Below are positions 22,213-34,951 of a DNA stretch of 64,000 nucleotides, piece after piece. Both the position numbers and the translations under genes were made by a program. Positions within the stretch are counted from its first letter, which is position 1; each line of letters opens with the position of its first letter. The notes under the pieces are model-generated. The model was not told where the DNA came from and searched no databases. It saw only the letters and a program-made list of their open reading frames with translations. The stretch lies in contig OW569364.1 of the NCBI GenBank assembly GCA_937625935.1, positions 62,001 to 126,000 of the forward strand, written 5' to 3'. The stretch comes from Tetramitus jugosus. Its lineage: Eukaryota; Protista; Heterolobosea.

Positions 22213-22436
22213 GATTATGTAGTAGTATAAGAAGTTAAGGTACCTGTTGTTTTTCTTTGTTGTTTGTGGAAGTGTTTTTTCAGATCGTGATCGGGCATCC
22301 AAAGATTATTTATAGGAAGAAGACTTGAGGACATGTGCGGAACTTCATAGTCAAGTACGAGCAGTTACAGGACAAACTACGGAGAAACCTTGAATACACA
22401 TTTATCATATATATAGACGCAAAGGTGCGCAATCCA

Positions 22437-23732
22437 TTAGTACACGACATTGTAGTACCCCTTGTGTTTCCGTCTAAATGTAAAGCAATAGCATGCGGTA
22501 ATCACTACAGCCACCAACACAATGACGACGACGGGCACAAGAGCAAGCACCACAATCAAAATATATTTACCGCTCATGTCTTGTTTGCTATTGTAGGGAG
22601 AATAGACACCTGAGCGCGTTATGGGCTGTGTTTTGTCCCGTGCAATCATATTGAACAACAAGTTGGATGCAGAAGCAATCGCACTGTTCTCATAAATGAA
22701 GAATATTTCCGAGTACGTAAAGGTCGAGCTGTCCAGGTCAAACTGCTGATAGTCATCCGTTATGGCCGTACCACAACTGTCTGATCCACACACAGTGTTC
22801 ATCAAACAGGGTGCGCGTGTATCAGGGTCCATTTTGCCTCCTTCACCGCCCAGTACATAAACAAACTTGTACTCCAAGTTCGATAGCAACGTCTGACGGT
22901 TCGGCAGACTCCACTGCACCTGAACTTTTAAGCATGGCCCCATGGGACACTCTTGCTGCTTCATATCCATGGACAACATGGAGGCAGATGAATCTACAAA
23001 TCGAGAGGTCAAGGATTGGAGGCTAGGCGTCAATGATATCATTGCCATGTTCTTTGAATCATTGTTCAATAAACCGACATAGACAATCATTTTAGAGCTA
23101 TAATTTACAGTGGCAACAGCAGTAGCACTACTTGATTTGCCATTTGAGGGAAGTACTTTTGTAGAGGCATCATACGACTCCATGGTTGGTTTCCGATTGA
23201 CTCCCAATACGAGCGTTACGCCACCACCATTGGCATTGTCACTCGAAGAGGAAGAAGAAGTTTTCTGGGAACAGATTTGAATACGCAGAGAGAGCTTCAT
23301 TCCACCCATGGGAGGTCCTTCTTGATTGGTAAAGTCAATGACGAGCATCTTTTGAGGAGATGTTGAACCGAGTTGATTGGGAGTGAGAATGAACTTTGAG
23401 TCACTGTCAGGCAACAGTGGAAAATCATCCCTTGCTTGGTAGTTGGTTGTATGATTATAGTTGTATATTTTTTGATCATCATCGTTGCACCATTTTTCTT
23501 GCCGCAGCTCCAGCTGAGAAACCGTAGTCGGAACAGTCGGAGTCGGAGTTAATAATTCTAGGGCACGATGGGATTGGATGAAGAGGGATGCAATGATAAC
23601 GAGTACACTGAGACATGTGAGGACAGATAATGATTTTGTTTGAGAACGACGACCCATCGAACATTTGTTGTGTGCCATGTGTCTTTGTTTTTTTGGCATC
23701 GGCTTTTTTGTCCTGGACATTCTCCGATCCAT
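22437..23732 (-). CDS. Hypothetical type I membrane protein
   Basis: N-terminal hydrophobic segment, Cys-containing ectodomain, C-terminal TM helix and RRKHKGYYNVVY tail; start uncertain. Confidence 0.7.
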   Translation of the reverse strand: MDRRMSRTKKPMPKKQRHMAHNKCSMGRRSQTKSLSVLTCLSVLVIIASLFIQSHRALELLTPTPTVPTTVSQLELRQEKWCNDDDQKIYNYNHTTNYQARDDFPLLPDSDSKFILTPNQLGSTSPQKMLVIDFTNQEGPPMGGMKLSLRIQICSQKTSSSSSSDNANGGGVTLVLGVNRKPTMESYDASTKVLPSNGKSSSATAVATVNYSSKMIVYVGLLNNDSKNMAMISLTPSLQSLTSRFVDSSASMLSMDMKQQECPMGPCLKVQVQWSLPNRQTLLSNLEYKFVYVLGGEGGKMDPDTRAPCLMNTVCGSDSCGTAITDDYQQFDLDSSTFTYSEIFFIYENSAIASASNLLFNMIARDKTQPITRSGVYSPYNSKQDMSGKYILIVVLALVPVVVIVLVAVVITACYCFTFRRKHKGYYNVVY

Positions 23733-23810
23733 CGTCAAAGCACAAGTTCGAACAATTCGCAAAAACTCCCCCGACTTGAATAAAAAAAAGCAAACCTACT
23801 TGAAAAAAAA

Positions 23811-26664
23811 ATGAGAGACAGAGAAGAATCAGGTGGAAGACGCAATTCGCATCGTAGCAACACCCATAGCTATGATCATCATAGAGCTCACTATCATCAC
23901 AATGAGAATGATAGGTAATTTTGATCCCTATATAATAACAAATCAACAATGCGTTAAAACACATACACGTGAAATTCATATGCATTTTCATGTATTGCAA
24001 ACACACACACATATGTGACTGGTTCACTCAATCATTGACACTTGTATATTTGTTCGTTCAACAACAACAATGAAAAAACAAAACACAAAAACTTTTTTTT
24101 GACGTCATTAGAAAAAGTGAACAACAAGAGCAAGAACAACATGAACAGCAGTATGAAAGACGACCATACAAGAGTTTTGACAAACGTCATGACGATAAAT
24201 CTAGCGACTATGATGATGATGATGATGATGATGAAAGAGAAGATGATTGGAACAAAAATCGTCGTCATCATAATCATCATAGTAGTAGTAGACAATCATA
24301 TCAACCACAAAACAATAGGAACAATTATCATGCGATTCAACCATCATCCAGTGTCGTATTGAAAGGATTAGGTCCACAAGTCACTGAGGACGATGTACGT
24401 GCTTATCAATTTTTTTTTGTTGATTTTTTTCGTCATGTTGATCATCACTCACAATGCATGTAACAACAAAAACAGATTCGCAACACCATTTTTCGAAATT
24501 ATAATCTGACGGCGATTGGAATCAAAGTGATTCGTGATCGCATGACTGGTGCATCCAGAGGATTTGGTTTTTTGGATTTTGATAGTGTAGAAACATCGAA
24601 AAATTTGATTCAAATGACAAATGGTGGTATGTTTATAGGTGATGACTTTGTGACGATTGAGTATAGCATGGGAGCAAGGAAGCAACAACAAGTACCTTTA
24701 TCAACGACAACAACAGATGAGCAAGAATCATCATCATCATCATCCGTGTTGTCGTCAAAGGAAGAATCTTTGAATGATCGATTGAGTGAGAACAGTAAGA
24801 AAACAATGATGACAACGTACAATGATTGGATTTGTTCACACTGTAAAGCACACAACTTTGCCTATCGATCAAAGTGCTTTCAATGCAGTCAAGTCAAGTC
24901 TGATGATGCTGAAATTGTTCCCATGAGTGACAAGGTGAGTGAGAGTGGTGAAACTTCAAGTACTTTGAATCATCAGAGTGATCATCATTCATCGACGTTG
25001 AAACCAGTGGAAGAAATTATTGTTCGTGGTTTGGCACCACACACGACAGAGGACACTGTAATGTATTTTTGTTTGCACTTGTGAGCGCGCACCACAGCAC
25101 ATACCATGATACTATACATCAATGTAGTGTTGTGCATGTGCGGTTGTTCTATACCACATTTGATTGATCATTGAACATGTTGTTGTTAACAAAATTGTCT
25201 CTCTCTCTATTTGATTCCCATAATATATAGCTTGTTTCAGTGTTTTCGAGCTTGGCCACAGTGAAGACATGTAGAGTGATTAGAGACAAGGCTACACTTC
25301 AATCGAGACAATTCGCCTTTGTTGAATTTGAGTCTGTTGAGGATGCATCACTCGTGTTACAGGCAATCAGGAAGGATCATCCATTTTTGATTGATGAATG
25401 TGCAATTAATGCCACTTTTGCAAAGAGACAGCATATTTCTGATGATGCAACTGCAGCAGCAAAGAACAATGACTCTACATTGATTGCCGAGTGGCAATCC
25501 TATTACAACTATTCGAGTCAAAAGAGCAACGATCCATTGTCACAAGTTGTTGATATGCCTGGATACACATATGATTCGGCAACAGGGTACTACTACAACC
25601 AGCAAACCAATTTTTACTACGATCCAAAGACGACATATTTCTTTGATGTGACAAATCAATGTTGGATGTATTTTGACCAAGAGAAGCAAGCGTATCAAGT
25701 GGTTGGCGGATCAGGTGAGAGTCAACAAGAACATAAACCAATTATTGGACCTTCATTGCCACAAACAGAGGAAAAGACCACTTCATCCGCTGATTTGCAA
25801 CAACAACTTCTCCTCTCGCAACAGCAATCAATGGCAGAACACTTATCGAAGCCTGTTGTTTCAATCGGAAGAAGAAAACGTGATAAACAAGACAAGAGTA
25901 TTGCACAGTGGAACAAACAGTCAAAAGAGTTGAAGGAGCATGATGTGTTGGCAGAATTCCAAAAGAGTATTGCGGATACTGTCATACCATCTTCGTCATC
26001 ACTATCTGATCAATGTGTCGCGGTTGTGCCCGAGAGTAGTACAACAACTGCCATCACAAGTCAAGTAAGTCAAAGCTCTACTTCTACCTCTGCACTGGCA
26101 TCATCATCAGACAAGGGAGTAGTCATTGGCAAGGGATTTGTACCAAACGAACAATACAAGAAGGCATTGCATCAAGTGGAGCAGAGAGAGAAAGAAAAAG
26201 AATTCCAAAGGTTTCAAAAAGACATGGAAACACTGCTTGGCGAAGTGACAAAGAAGAAGAAACAACAAGTCACTAGTGGACAAAAACGAAAGGCCTCTGA
26301 ATTGACGTCCAATGATCGATCTTCCATTGTCGAAGCTGCACCCTTGCCAGAGTCCAACATTGGCAACAAGTTGCTCAAAAAGTTTGGATGGAACGAAGGA
26401 GAAGGGCTGGGAAAGAACAAGACTGGTATTACTGCACCCATCGGACCTGTCATCTCAACGGGAACAGGCCTCGGTTTCGCATCAACATCGTCTCACACTC
26501 ACACGACCACTCTGGAACAGTTTAGTCAGCATGCACAACAACTGACACGAATGGAACGTCTACCAGGTGAGACCTACCAAGACGTGTGCCGTAAACGAGC
26601 AAGAGCTCGCTACGAAAGCATCAGCGGCAACAACAGTCAACCATCCAACCCACCGCCACCATAG
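23811..26664 (+). CDS. RBM5/RBM10/SUA-like splicing factor (exons ~23811-23914, 24112-24395, 24476-25057, 25231-26664)
   Basis: RRM (SRGFGF), RanBP2 zinc finger (WICSHC...CFQC), second RRM, OCRE (YDSATGYYY), G-patch (NIGNKLLKKFGWNEGEGLGK); GT-AG introns. Confidence 0.9.
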
Positions 26665-26819
26665 TAAACACTCCTCTCCCTTCATTTGCTTGCTCCATAT
26701 ACAACAAAATTTTGGCGCGCGTCATCCGTTGTGTGGAAAATGATATCTCCAAACAGAGAAACAAACCACTCGCAGAGAAAAAAAAAAGCTTTCACACAAC
26801 ACAACAAACACCACACAAA

Positions 26820-28067
26820 ATGTCCACCACCACCATTACCACCACTGACATTTACACCACGATCGCACCAGTCAACATTGCCATCATCAAATACTGGGGC
26901 AAAAAAGACACCAAACTCCACATTCCTCTCAACAGTTCCCTCAGCTTCACACTCAACATGAGTGATCTCAAGAGCAAGACCACTGTTGTTGCCACCAATG
27001 ATCCCAACCAACAAAACACCATGATTCTCAACAACAAGACTGAAGATTTTGACAACAATAAGCGTATCCAAAACGTTGTTTCACTCATTCAAGAGAGAGC
27101 CACTGCTCCATGGTACCTCCAAGCCAAACAGAATGGTACACTTGATCAATTCAAGTTGCGAATTGTCAGTGAAAATAATTTTCCGACTGCGGCTGGATTG
27201 GCCTCTAGTGCCAGTGGTTATTGCTGTCTCGTGTATGCATTGGCTCAACTGTATCAAGTACAAGGTGATTTGAGCATTATTATGAGATTGGGTAGTGGAA
27301 GTGCATGTCGTAGTGTCTATGGTGGATTTGTGGCGTGGGAAATGGGTCACGATCATGAATCATCAAGAGCTGTTCAAGTCAAGGATGAACACTGGTGGCC
27401 AAACATTCAAATTTTGGTCGCAGTGGCCAGTTCTGAGAAGAAGGCAGTTTCCAGTAGCTCTGGTATGCAGTTGAGTGTGGCAACGAGCAAGAAATTGGCT
27501 GTTCGTGCATCGGATGTCGTCCCTGTGAGAATGAAGGAGATGGAAAAGGCGATTGAGGACAAGGACTTTGCTACGGTGGCTCATTTGGCAATGATTGACT
27601 CTGACAATTTCCACGAGTGCTGTGCAGATACTGAACCAGCCATCTTTTACATGAATGAGGCATCTCATTTGGTTGTACGAGTGGTGAACGCGTTCAACAA
27701 GGTCAAGGGTGAGATTTCTGCCGGTTACACTTTTGATGCCGGTCCAAACGCTGTCCTCTTCTTTGAGAATGAACAGACCATGCAAGAATTCTTGTTTACT
27801 CTGATTCATATGATCCCTAGAGCGGACACTCAATCCGAGTCGGAATACTTTGCAAAGAGTGAGCTCGCACCAGAGTACTTGCGCAACAGTGCACCAATTC
27901 AAAAGTTTGTTCAAGCTGTGCAAGAGGAGTTGGGTATGGATGAGGCTCAATTGGAGAAGAACAAGGGAATGCTCAGATACATTCTTCACACAACTGTCGG
28001 TGGTGGTCCACAAGTCATCTCTGAACACTTGATTGACGCTGAGACACTTGCTCCAAAGACCCATTAA
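26820..28067 (+). CDS. MVD: Diphosphomevalonate decarboxylase
   Basis: APVNIAIIKYWGK, NNFPTAAGLASSASG, GSGSACRS, YTFDAGPNAV. Confidence 0.97.
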   Translation: MSTTTITTTDIYTTIAPVNIAIIKYWGKKDTKLHIPLNSSLSFTLNMSDLKSKTTVVATNDPNQQNTMILNNKTEDFDNNKRIQNVVSLIQERATAPWYLQAKQNGTLDQFKLRIVSENNFPTAAGLASSASGYCCLVYALAQLYQVQGDLSIIMRLGSGSACRSVYGGFVAWEMGHDHESSRAVQVKDEHWWPNIQILVAVASSEKKAVSSSSGMQLSVATSKKLAVRASDVVPVRMKEMEKAIEDKDFATVAHLAMIDSDNFHECCADTEPAIFYMNEASHLVVRVVNAFNKVKGEISAGYTFDAGPNAVLFFENEQTMQEFLFTLIHMIPRADTQSESEYFAKSELAPEYLRNSAPIQKFVQAVQEELGMDEAQLEKNKGMLRYILHTTVGGGPQVISEHLIDAETLAPKTH

Positions 28068-28128
28068 TTTATATAAAGAAGAAGAATGAGGATGTATTTT
28101 GATTATAAATAATTGCTGTTGTAATGAT

Positions 28129-30468
28129 TTACAAATCCTTTGTTATTCTTCCGAACACCCACCCTCCATGTCCGTCAATGAGCAGTGAGAAATCATGGAA
28201 CTGTTGCAAAGTAGGTCGGTGTCCCACGGAAACGATTGTGACACCTGGTAGTGCTCGTATGTTCTTGTACATGAATTCTTCTACATCAATATCGACAGCA
28301 CTAGTTGATTCATCGAGAATCACAAATCGAGGTTGACGGTAGAACACACGGGCAAGGGACAATCTCTGTTTTTCTCCTGGACTGAGTGCCTCTGGCCAAT
28401 CATAGGATATTTCCCAGTCGTTGTTCACACGATTGAGCAAGTATTCGAGACGAGACTTTTGCAGAGTTTCCACCAATTGTGGCCTAATCATTTCCTTCTC
28501 CTCTGGGTCTCGTATCTTCCGAGGATATGTAATTTGATCCATGAGAGTTCCTCGAAAGGTGTATGGTACTTGAGGAACAAACAGCAAATTGTCCCTTGAA
28601 GGCCTAGCAATAAATCCTGTCTTGTATGGCCACAAGTTACCCAACAGACGCAATATCGAACTCTTTGGACATATTCGTTGCTAGAGTTAGTACATGTATG
28701 GGACAAGTAAAAAAGTGGTTGCCATTCAATACATACCTTTCCTGCACCTGAAGGACCTTGAATCAATAGGTGCTCTCCTGGAGACACCTTGAATGTCAAG
28801 TCATTCACAAGACATCTGGAATCAGAGTTGAACACGTCCGAAGCATCATTTTGTTGATCGGACATGGGAGTATAAACAGAGACACCTCTGAACTCAATGT
28901 AATCAGCATCATTCTCATCCAGAGCATTAAACAGCTCTTGATAACCAACAGTGCTATCAGCGTTACGAGATGCTTCTCTCTGTTTCAACTCTGCCAACAC
29001 TTCTGTCATATGACCGATACGAGCAGTGTAGCCGGCCAACTCGGACAAGTCACTAGCCAATTGAATAAACTGTGTAAAACCGTAGACAAGCATAATGACA
29101 CCAAAGGAATCCATTTGAATTCGGGCCATGAGCTCACCAGGTGTCTCATTATCTCTTCCGTACGTTTGCAACACAAATGTCGCAAAAGCAATAATAAAGA
29201 GATTGAGAATGGACCCAATGTAGCCAAACAAATTGGTATGGACTTCATCACAATAATCAAACAAAAAACACCATTGAACAGAAAACAAAAAGTTAGAATC
29301 ATTATTTCTTAACTGAACCACCGCTTGCAACAAAAGTGATTATTCGTTAGTTTGTACATACAATTGAGGAAAAAGTTTCGTTTGACAATGAACCATCGAT
29401 TCCGAATGATTTTGGCAAAGAACTTTTCATTTCTCTCACGTTCTCTCTCTTCACCACCAAAGAACGCAATGGACTCTGCGTTGGTTCGTAGCGAGACATG
29501 AGAAAATCTAAAGTTGCCCTCAGCAATCTCCTGTCGATACCACAAGTTGGCAATTGGTGAGATTAAAAACTTGTTAATGATCGAGCCCAGTGCAAAATAG
29601 GCATAGCAGAACAAGGGACCTTGCCAACCGAGTGACTTGTATGTCAACACAGTATAAGTAATGACATTTGTCGGAGATTGAAACAATTTTTCAAGGATAG
29701 TACCCATGGCCTTTGAAAACGCCTCAACATCTCTCGTCACTCTCTGATCTCTATATTATCGAACCACAAAGTTTACCAAAAAGAAAGTTTACAAAACTTG
29801 TTAATAAAACAAAATACAAAAGAATAAACAACAGTGCAAAAGCTCAATAATGAATAGTCAAACAACAACAAACAAACGTACGGATTATCAACTCTCTTAT
29901 CCAACAGTAGCATCTGATAAAATGAATCCTTGTTCAAATACCTCGATTGTAGATGCAATGTCAAATTCTTTCTCCAACCAACGAGCAATGCATCATTAAT
30001 GAGCATGCGAACCGTCTTTAGTGCATTCACACCCAAAATCCAAGCTACAGTCAACAACATGACCAAAATAAATTTCCGAGTCGCTTCGCGCGATTGATTC
30101 AAGCAACCGTCTACGATAGCGCTGGTAAATTTCGACGCAGCTTTCATCACTTCATTTCCAACGTACACTTCAGCCAAGCAGAAGCAAAAGAGAAGAACGA
30201 CACAGAGGAGATTAAACCAAGAGACACAGGATAACCACGACATGACACGAACAAGAGAAGACTGAGGAAGACAAGAAGGCATCTGAACTTGACTCAAAAA
30301 AGACCAAAGCTTTGTTGTTGACTGAACATCATGATGATCAGTTCCCTCTGACTGTAGAGACTTGGTTGACGTGAGTGCCAATTTGCAACAACGAAGCCAT
30401 CTCTTGAGAAACAAGAGATCGAAACGATGTTTTCCCACCTCTTGATTCAAAGCTTGCTTGTTCTTCAT
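28129..30468 (-). CDS. ABCD4: ABC transporter subfamily D, ABCD4-like (exons 30468-29882, 29750-29362, 29242-28737, 28662-28129)
   Basis: VDNP/DQR, EGNFRF...NAESIAF (EAA motif), spliced Walker A GPSGAGKSS, LSPGEKQR, LDESTSA, SVGHR. Confidence 0.88.
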
Positions 30469-30881
30469 TCGTCTAGATGATGATGTTTTTTTGTGTTGCA
30501 GTTGTTTTTGAGCTAATAGCAATGCTCCGCTCAGTATTTTTCCGCGCCTCTTTCCCAAAGGACACGTGCTATTGGGTCTTCCAATGTGAGAGATATGAAG
30601 GAAAAGTTTTTCTCTTCACACTTCAATCCTTCTTCGTATGAAATAAATGTCTTCATTTTTTTGCCCTGAAGATTTTCTTTTTCATTTGATATTCAATTTC
30701 TCCTCTCTGGTGGCGGATCACCGAAATGATTGGGTGACATCATCAAAAATCAGATCGTTACGACCTGTATCCTTCAATAAACATGTATGTGTGTTGGTTG
30801 GATCATACCACACTGGCAAAACCAAAAAAATCCACTCCCAACAACTCCCACAAAAACAACAATAACTCATAAAAAATTATC

Positions 30882-32174
30882 ATGTTCAAACAACTCACCC
30901 AAAAGTCCCTTGCTGGTGTCTTGCACAACAGCAACAAAGCAGCACTACGACCATTGTCTCAACGTTCCTATGCTAGCAGCAGTCAACAAAAAGGTATGGT
31001 CCCATACGATTGGCAAGATCCACTCAGACTCAATGACTTGTTGAGTGACGAGGAACGTGAGATCCAACATCAGGTCCACCAGTACTGTCAAAGCAAGTTG
31101 ATGCCTCGTGTCACTGAGAGCTTTAGACAAGAAAAGTTTGATAGAGACATTTTCCGTGAGTTTGGTGAGATGGGTATGCTAGGAAGCACGATTGAAGGAT
31201 ATGGTTGCCCTGGTGTCAACTATGTGAGCTATGGTTTGATTGCTCGTGAAGTGGAGCGTGTGGACAGTGGTTTTCGATCTGCGCTCTCTGTTCAGAGTTC
31301 GTTGGTCATGCATCCCATCTATACGTTCGGAACAGAAGCTCAAAAACAAAAGTATTTGCCAAGGTTGGCCACTGGTGAGATTGTGGGTTGCTTTGGTTTG
31401 ACTGAACCAAATCACGGTTCTGATCCTGGTTCCATGGAAACAAGAGCTGTTCGTGACTCAGCTTCTGGTGACTATATTCTCAACGGTGCAAAGATGTGGA
31501 TTACCAATTCTCCGATTGCTGACATTTGTGTCGTCTGGGCAAAGAATATGGAGGAGAATGGTGCCATTAGAGGTTTCATTCTCGAGAGAGGAATGCCTGG
31601 TTTGACCACTCCTAGAATCAAGGGCAAGGTATCTCTGAGAACATCGGAGACTGGTGAGATTGTCATGGACAATGTTCGTGTTCCAGCAGAGAACATGCTG
31701 CCTGGTGTTCAGGGATTGAAGGGACCATTCAGTTGTTTGAACAGCGCAAGATATGGTATCTCATGGGGTGCTTTGGGTGCTGCAGAATTCTGCTTCCACT
31801 TTGCAAGACAATACCAGTTGGACAGAAAGCAATTTGGACGACCATTGGCAGCCAATCAGATTAGTCAAAAGAAGTTTGCTGACATGTCAACTGAGATTAC
31901 TCTCGGATTGCACGCATGTCTCCAATTGGGTCGATTGAGAGATGCAGGAAAGTACTCTCCAGAGATGATTTCCATGCTCAAGAGAAACAATGCTGGAAAG
32001 GCGTTGGATATTGCCAGAGTTTGCAGAGACATGCTCGGTGGTAACGGTGTCAGTGACGAGTATCACATCATTAGACATTCTGTCAATTTGGAGAGTGTAA
32101 ACACATACGAGGGTACTCACGATATTCATGCATTGATCTTGGGAAGAGCCATCACTGGCATTGCTGCTTTCTAA
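30882..32174 (+). CDS. GCDH: Glutaryl-CoA dehydrogenase, mitochondrial
   Basis: [40 protein letters not shown]; presequence. Confidence 0.97.
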   Translation: MFKQLTQKSLAGVLHNSNKAALRPLSQRSYASSSQQKGMVPYDWQDPLRLNDLLSDEEREIQHQVHQYCQSKLMPRVTESFRQEKFDRDIFREFGEMGMLGSTIEGYGCPGVNYVSYGLIAREVERVDSGFRSALSVQSSLVMHPIYTFGTEAQKQKYLPRLATGEIVGCFGLTEPNHGSDPGSMETRAVRDSASGDYILNGAKMWITNSPIADICVVWAKNMEENGAIRGFILERGMPGLTTPRIKGKVSLRTSETGEIVMDNVRVPAENMLPGVQGLKGPFSCLNSARYGISWGALGAAEFCFHFARQYQLDRKQFGRPLAANQISQKKFADMSTEITLGLHACLQLGRLRDAGKYSPEMISMLKRNNAGKALDIARVCRDMLGGNGVSDEYHIIRHSVNLESVNTYEGTHDIHALILGRAITGIAAF

Positions 32175-32373
32175 ATTGCAGTCGAACAAACAACAATAAC
32201 AACAACAAAGGAGGTGACTTCGAAACAAAGATTTCAACAAAAATAAACATGTACTGTAACATACCTGCATTTTGGATTGGATTGTGGCTAAACTCTGATT
32301 TGTTCTCCCAAACCTGGAACAACGAAATTATCTCTCTGAGAAAAACAGAAAAGCAAAAACAAAAATCAAAACA

Positions 32374-33054
32374 ATGAGTGACAATACTGCAACACCAATA
32401 TTGAATAATAACCTCAATATGAGCGATAACAATAACGCAAATATCGCCATTGACCAACTTTCTTCGAATCCTGCTGAAGGCCTTCAACAAGTGACACAAA
32501 AAACAAAAATTTTCGCGCTTTTTTCGAATTGGAAATTTTCGCGGTCATCTACAGTTGATGGTCAGTGCTCGTACACGGATCGGTTGCACCGTTACTTTGA
32601 ACAATGTCGTGTTCGACTCTCGAGCTCCAAGATGTCAGGACTAGTTCCCAGGTATGAGAATCAAGGTGCTTCCTCTTCTATTGATTCTGGAACAACAGTC
32701 AGCTCCCCGAAAAAGACTGGATTCATTACAAGCTATATTCTGAGTCTCTATGGTGAGAGTGTAGGTGAATCAGTGTCAAGAACTTCTCATGGATTACAAA
32801 ACTTGTTCAACAGTGCTGCAGTTGCCATACAGTGGGGCACTATTCTTTTTGGTTCAGCTGCGCTGATTGCGAGCTTGACTCCACTGATAATGACGCTTTT
32901 GCGACTGTACTTTAAGGATGAGTTCAAGAGCTTTTCATCATCCGACACGAGTCCATCTCCAAAAAGCGTACCGAAACAAGACAGTATCTCCCTGCCAGAA
33001 GAGAATTCTAAGACGAAGGAGGAAGATGGTCCTGATGAGTCACGGAGTGCTTAA
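32374..33054 (+). CDS. Hypothetical membrane protein
   Basis: 226-aa ORF with one TM segment; start uncertain. Confidence 0.5.
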   Translation: MSDNTATPILNNNLNMSDNNNANIAIDQLSSNPAEGLQQVTQKTKIFALFSNWKFSRSSTVDGQCSYTDRLHRYFEQCRVRLSSSKMSGLVPRYENQGASSSIDSGTTVSSPKKTGFITSYILSLYGESVGESVSRTSHGLQNLFNSAAVAIQWGTILFGSAALIASLTPLIMTLLRLYFKDEFKSFSSSDTSPSPKSVPKQDSISLPEENSKTKEEDGPDESRSA

Positions 33055-33122
33055 TGTTACACGAGAGAACATAAATATGTAATTTAATTGTATTTTATTC
33101 GATTGGCTTAGCATCTCATTGA

Positions 33123-34049
33123 CTAATTGCGGAACAAGAAAGATATTACAATGGTCGCTACTAATAGACACATTGAGATAATGAATCTAGGAGTATGGTT
33201 ATCTGCATCACTGGCGTGTGGATGAGAACTGCTTCTCGCACCTGTAGGACTGGACGGAGTCGGAGAAGGACGAGAGGACTGGATAGGTGCAGGACTGCTG
33301 GTAGCAGGGACAGATGGAGAAGGAATAGGAGTTGGAACAGGTGATGGTGCTCCACTTGGGAGGGCAGATGGTTGAGGACCAGTGCTGGTACTGGGACTTG
33401 GTGATGGGCTTGGTCCGATGCAATTACTTGAGATTTTCATTGGATTGAACTGGTACTTTTGATTGTATTGATGAATGAACCAACTAGTTGATGCATCTGG
33501 TCCCTGAGGTGTTCTGCTCGTATGCATAGCGACCATGATTTCCATGGTTGCATCCTTGATCGTCACACTTCTTTCTGTGGCATATTGGAATTTCTTGGAG
33601 AACTTGACTGTGACGGAGCCGTCGTCATTTTCAATCACCGAGAGATTGTTTTCAAAGATGGTACCGTTGGCCTGATGTGGCTTCCCTACAGTTTCGACCG
33701 CTTGTTTCATCGAGTGCTTAATCTCACCATTTTCTTTCCAAATGAGCATGATGTCAGCTGGAGCCATACCATACTGAAGATTTGTTCCAAGTCCGAATGC
33801 AATCCATCCTGCATCAAGCTTGTTGTCCCGATTAAAGACAACCATACCATTCATTACATCATTCTGAGTGTTCCACTCCAGGTAGGAGCCCACTCTCTTT
33901 GGTCCAAATAGGGCAAAGTTGACACATCCATTGTTGTTCTGTCCATGAGTGTATTCGGGCATCATCGTCAGCAGCAATGCCATTGATGCTACAATTGCCA
34001 AGAGTATCGGCCTCCAGAGGTGCTTGAATTCTCGTGTTCTTGTGTGCAT
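33123..34049 (-). CDS. DOMON-domain surface protein with Pro/Ser stalk and probable GPI signal
   Basis: GWIAFGLG...GMAPADIM...H heme-ligand pattern; PS-rich tail; hydrophobic C-terminus. Confidence 0.85.
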   Translation of the reverse strand: MHTRTREFKHLWRPILLAIVASMALLLTMMPEYTHGQNNNGCVNFALFGPKRVGSYLEWNTQNDVMNGMVVFNRDNKLDAGWIAFGLGTNLQYGMAPADIMLIWKENGEIKHSMKQAVETVGKPHQANGTIFENNLSVIENDDGSVTVKFSKKFQYATERSVTIKDATMEIMVAMHTSRTPQGPDASTSWFIHQYNQKYQFNPMKISSNCIGPSPSPSPSTSTGPQPSALPSGAPSPVPTPIPSPSVPATSSPAPIQSSRPSPTPSSPTGARSSSHPHASDADNHTPRFIISMCLLVATIVISFLFRN

Positions 34050-34309
34050 AGTTTGGATCTGGACTTGTTGTTTCTTTTCTTCCTGTAGTCTTGTTGTTTG
34101 GGATTCATAGGCCAGTGCACTTAATAGATTGTTATTCGAAGCAATTCATCTTCCCAAAGATACTCTCTGGGCATCCGTTATTTTTCCGAAGAGACATCCG
34201 ATTGTTGCTGTTTTTGGTGACCCGTCAATATGATTCCACGATGCTGCAACGAGGACAATGTGATGAACATTCTGGGAATATGTGCAAGGGAGTTTAGCTA
34301 ATGATTTAT

Positions 34310-34579
34310 TCACAACACTCTGAGTGTTCTTAATTCTTTGCCGTAATTGATGGCTGCAAGTGTGTCTCCTCTTCCTACAGCCTCCTCCAACGAAATATCT
34401 AGCTCTATTATCCTCTCTTGGATTGTGAGAATATGGTTTAGGGATAGGTGTCGAAAGTTGTCAACAAGATTCATCTTTACTCCCGGAGTGTCATTCTTTC
34501 TGCCTTGTTGGTCCTTGTTGGGTTCGAGGCGTTGGTTCGTCAAGCTACTCTTGAACAATTTCTGTGCCAATTCTTCCAT
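34310..34579 (-). CDS. Small protein (possibly a last exon) with UVR-like motif
   Basis: LEEAVGRGDTLAAINYGKELR; an AG immediately precedes the ATG, but no in-frame upstream exon was found. Confidence 0.4.
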   Translation of the reverse strand: MEELAQKLFKSSLTNQRLEPNKDQQGRKNDTPGVKMNLVDNFRHLSLNHILTIQERIIELDISLEEAVGRGDTLAAINYGKELRTLRVL

Positions 34580-34951
34580 CTATTCAGAGTGTACAAGTAT
34601 TGTCAGTCAGTTTGATTTGTTTTCACAAACGTTCTATCCTGCAAGCTCTCTTTTTGGTGGTCCAACCATCACCTCAGAGGAGAAAGGGAGGAACTGCCAC
34701 AGCATCAGGCCTTTTATGGAGATCCGAGGCATGAAACCGGTTTCCTTTTTCTCAACCAAAATCTAACCATCCAATACTTCATACCATTCATCAAAAGGAG
34801 CAACTTCACACACAGATGAAGCATTAACTTTCACCTCCTCTTTGTCGTTCAACCCGCAAATGTGGCAAAAAATAGTTTGTTGTTACAAAAACCGAATTCG
34901 CTGATCCAGCCACATCATCAAGCAAAAAGATAGCAACCCTCGAAAAGAAAA

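Noticed and set aside
24211-24233. (GAT)n repeat giving poly-Met/poly-Ile ORFs
   Set aside because: It is the poly-Asp tract of RBM5-like exon 2
27363-28064. Long antisense ORFs (this one; also 12310-12915, 19686-20180 and others)
   Set aside because: Shadows of codon-biased genes on the opposite strand
30530-30656. Short ATG ORF upstream of ABCD4
   Set aside because: About 41 codons with no motif; cannot be supported as a gene or regulatory uORF
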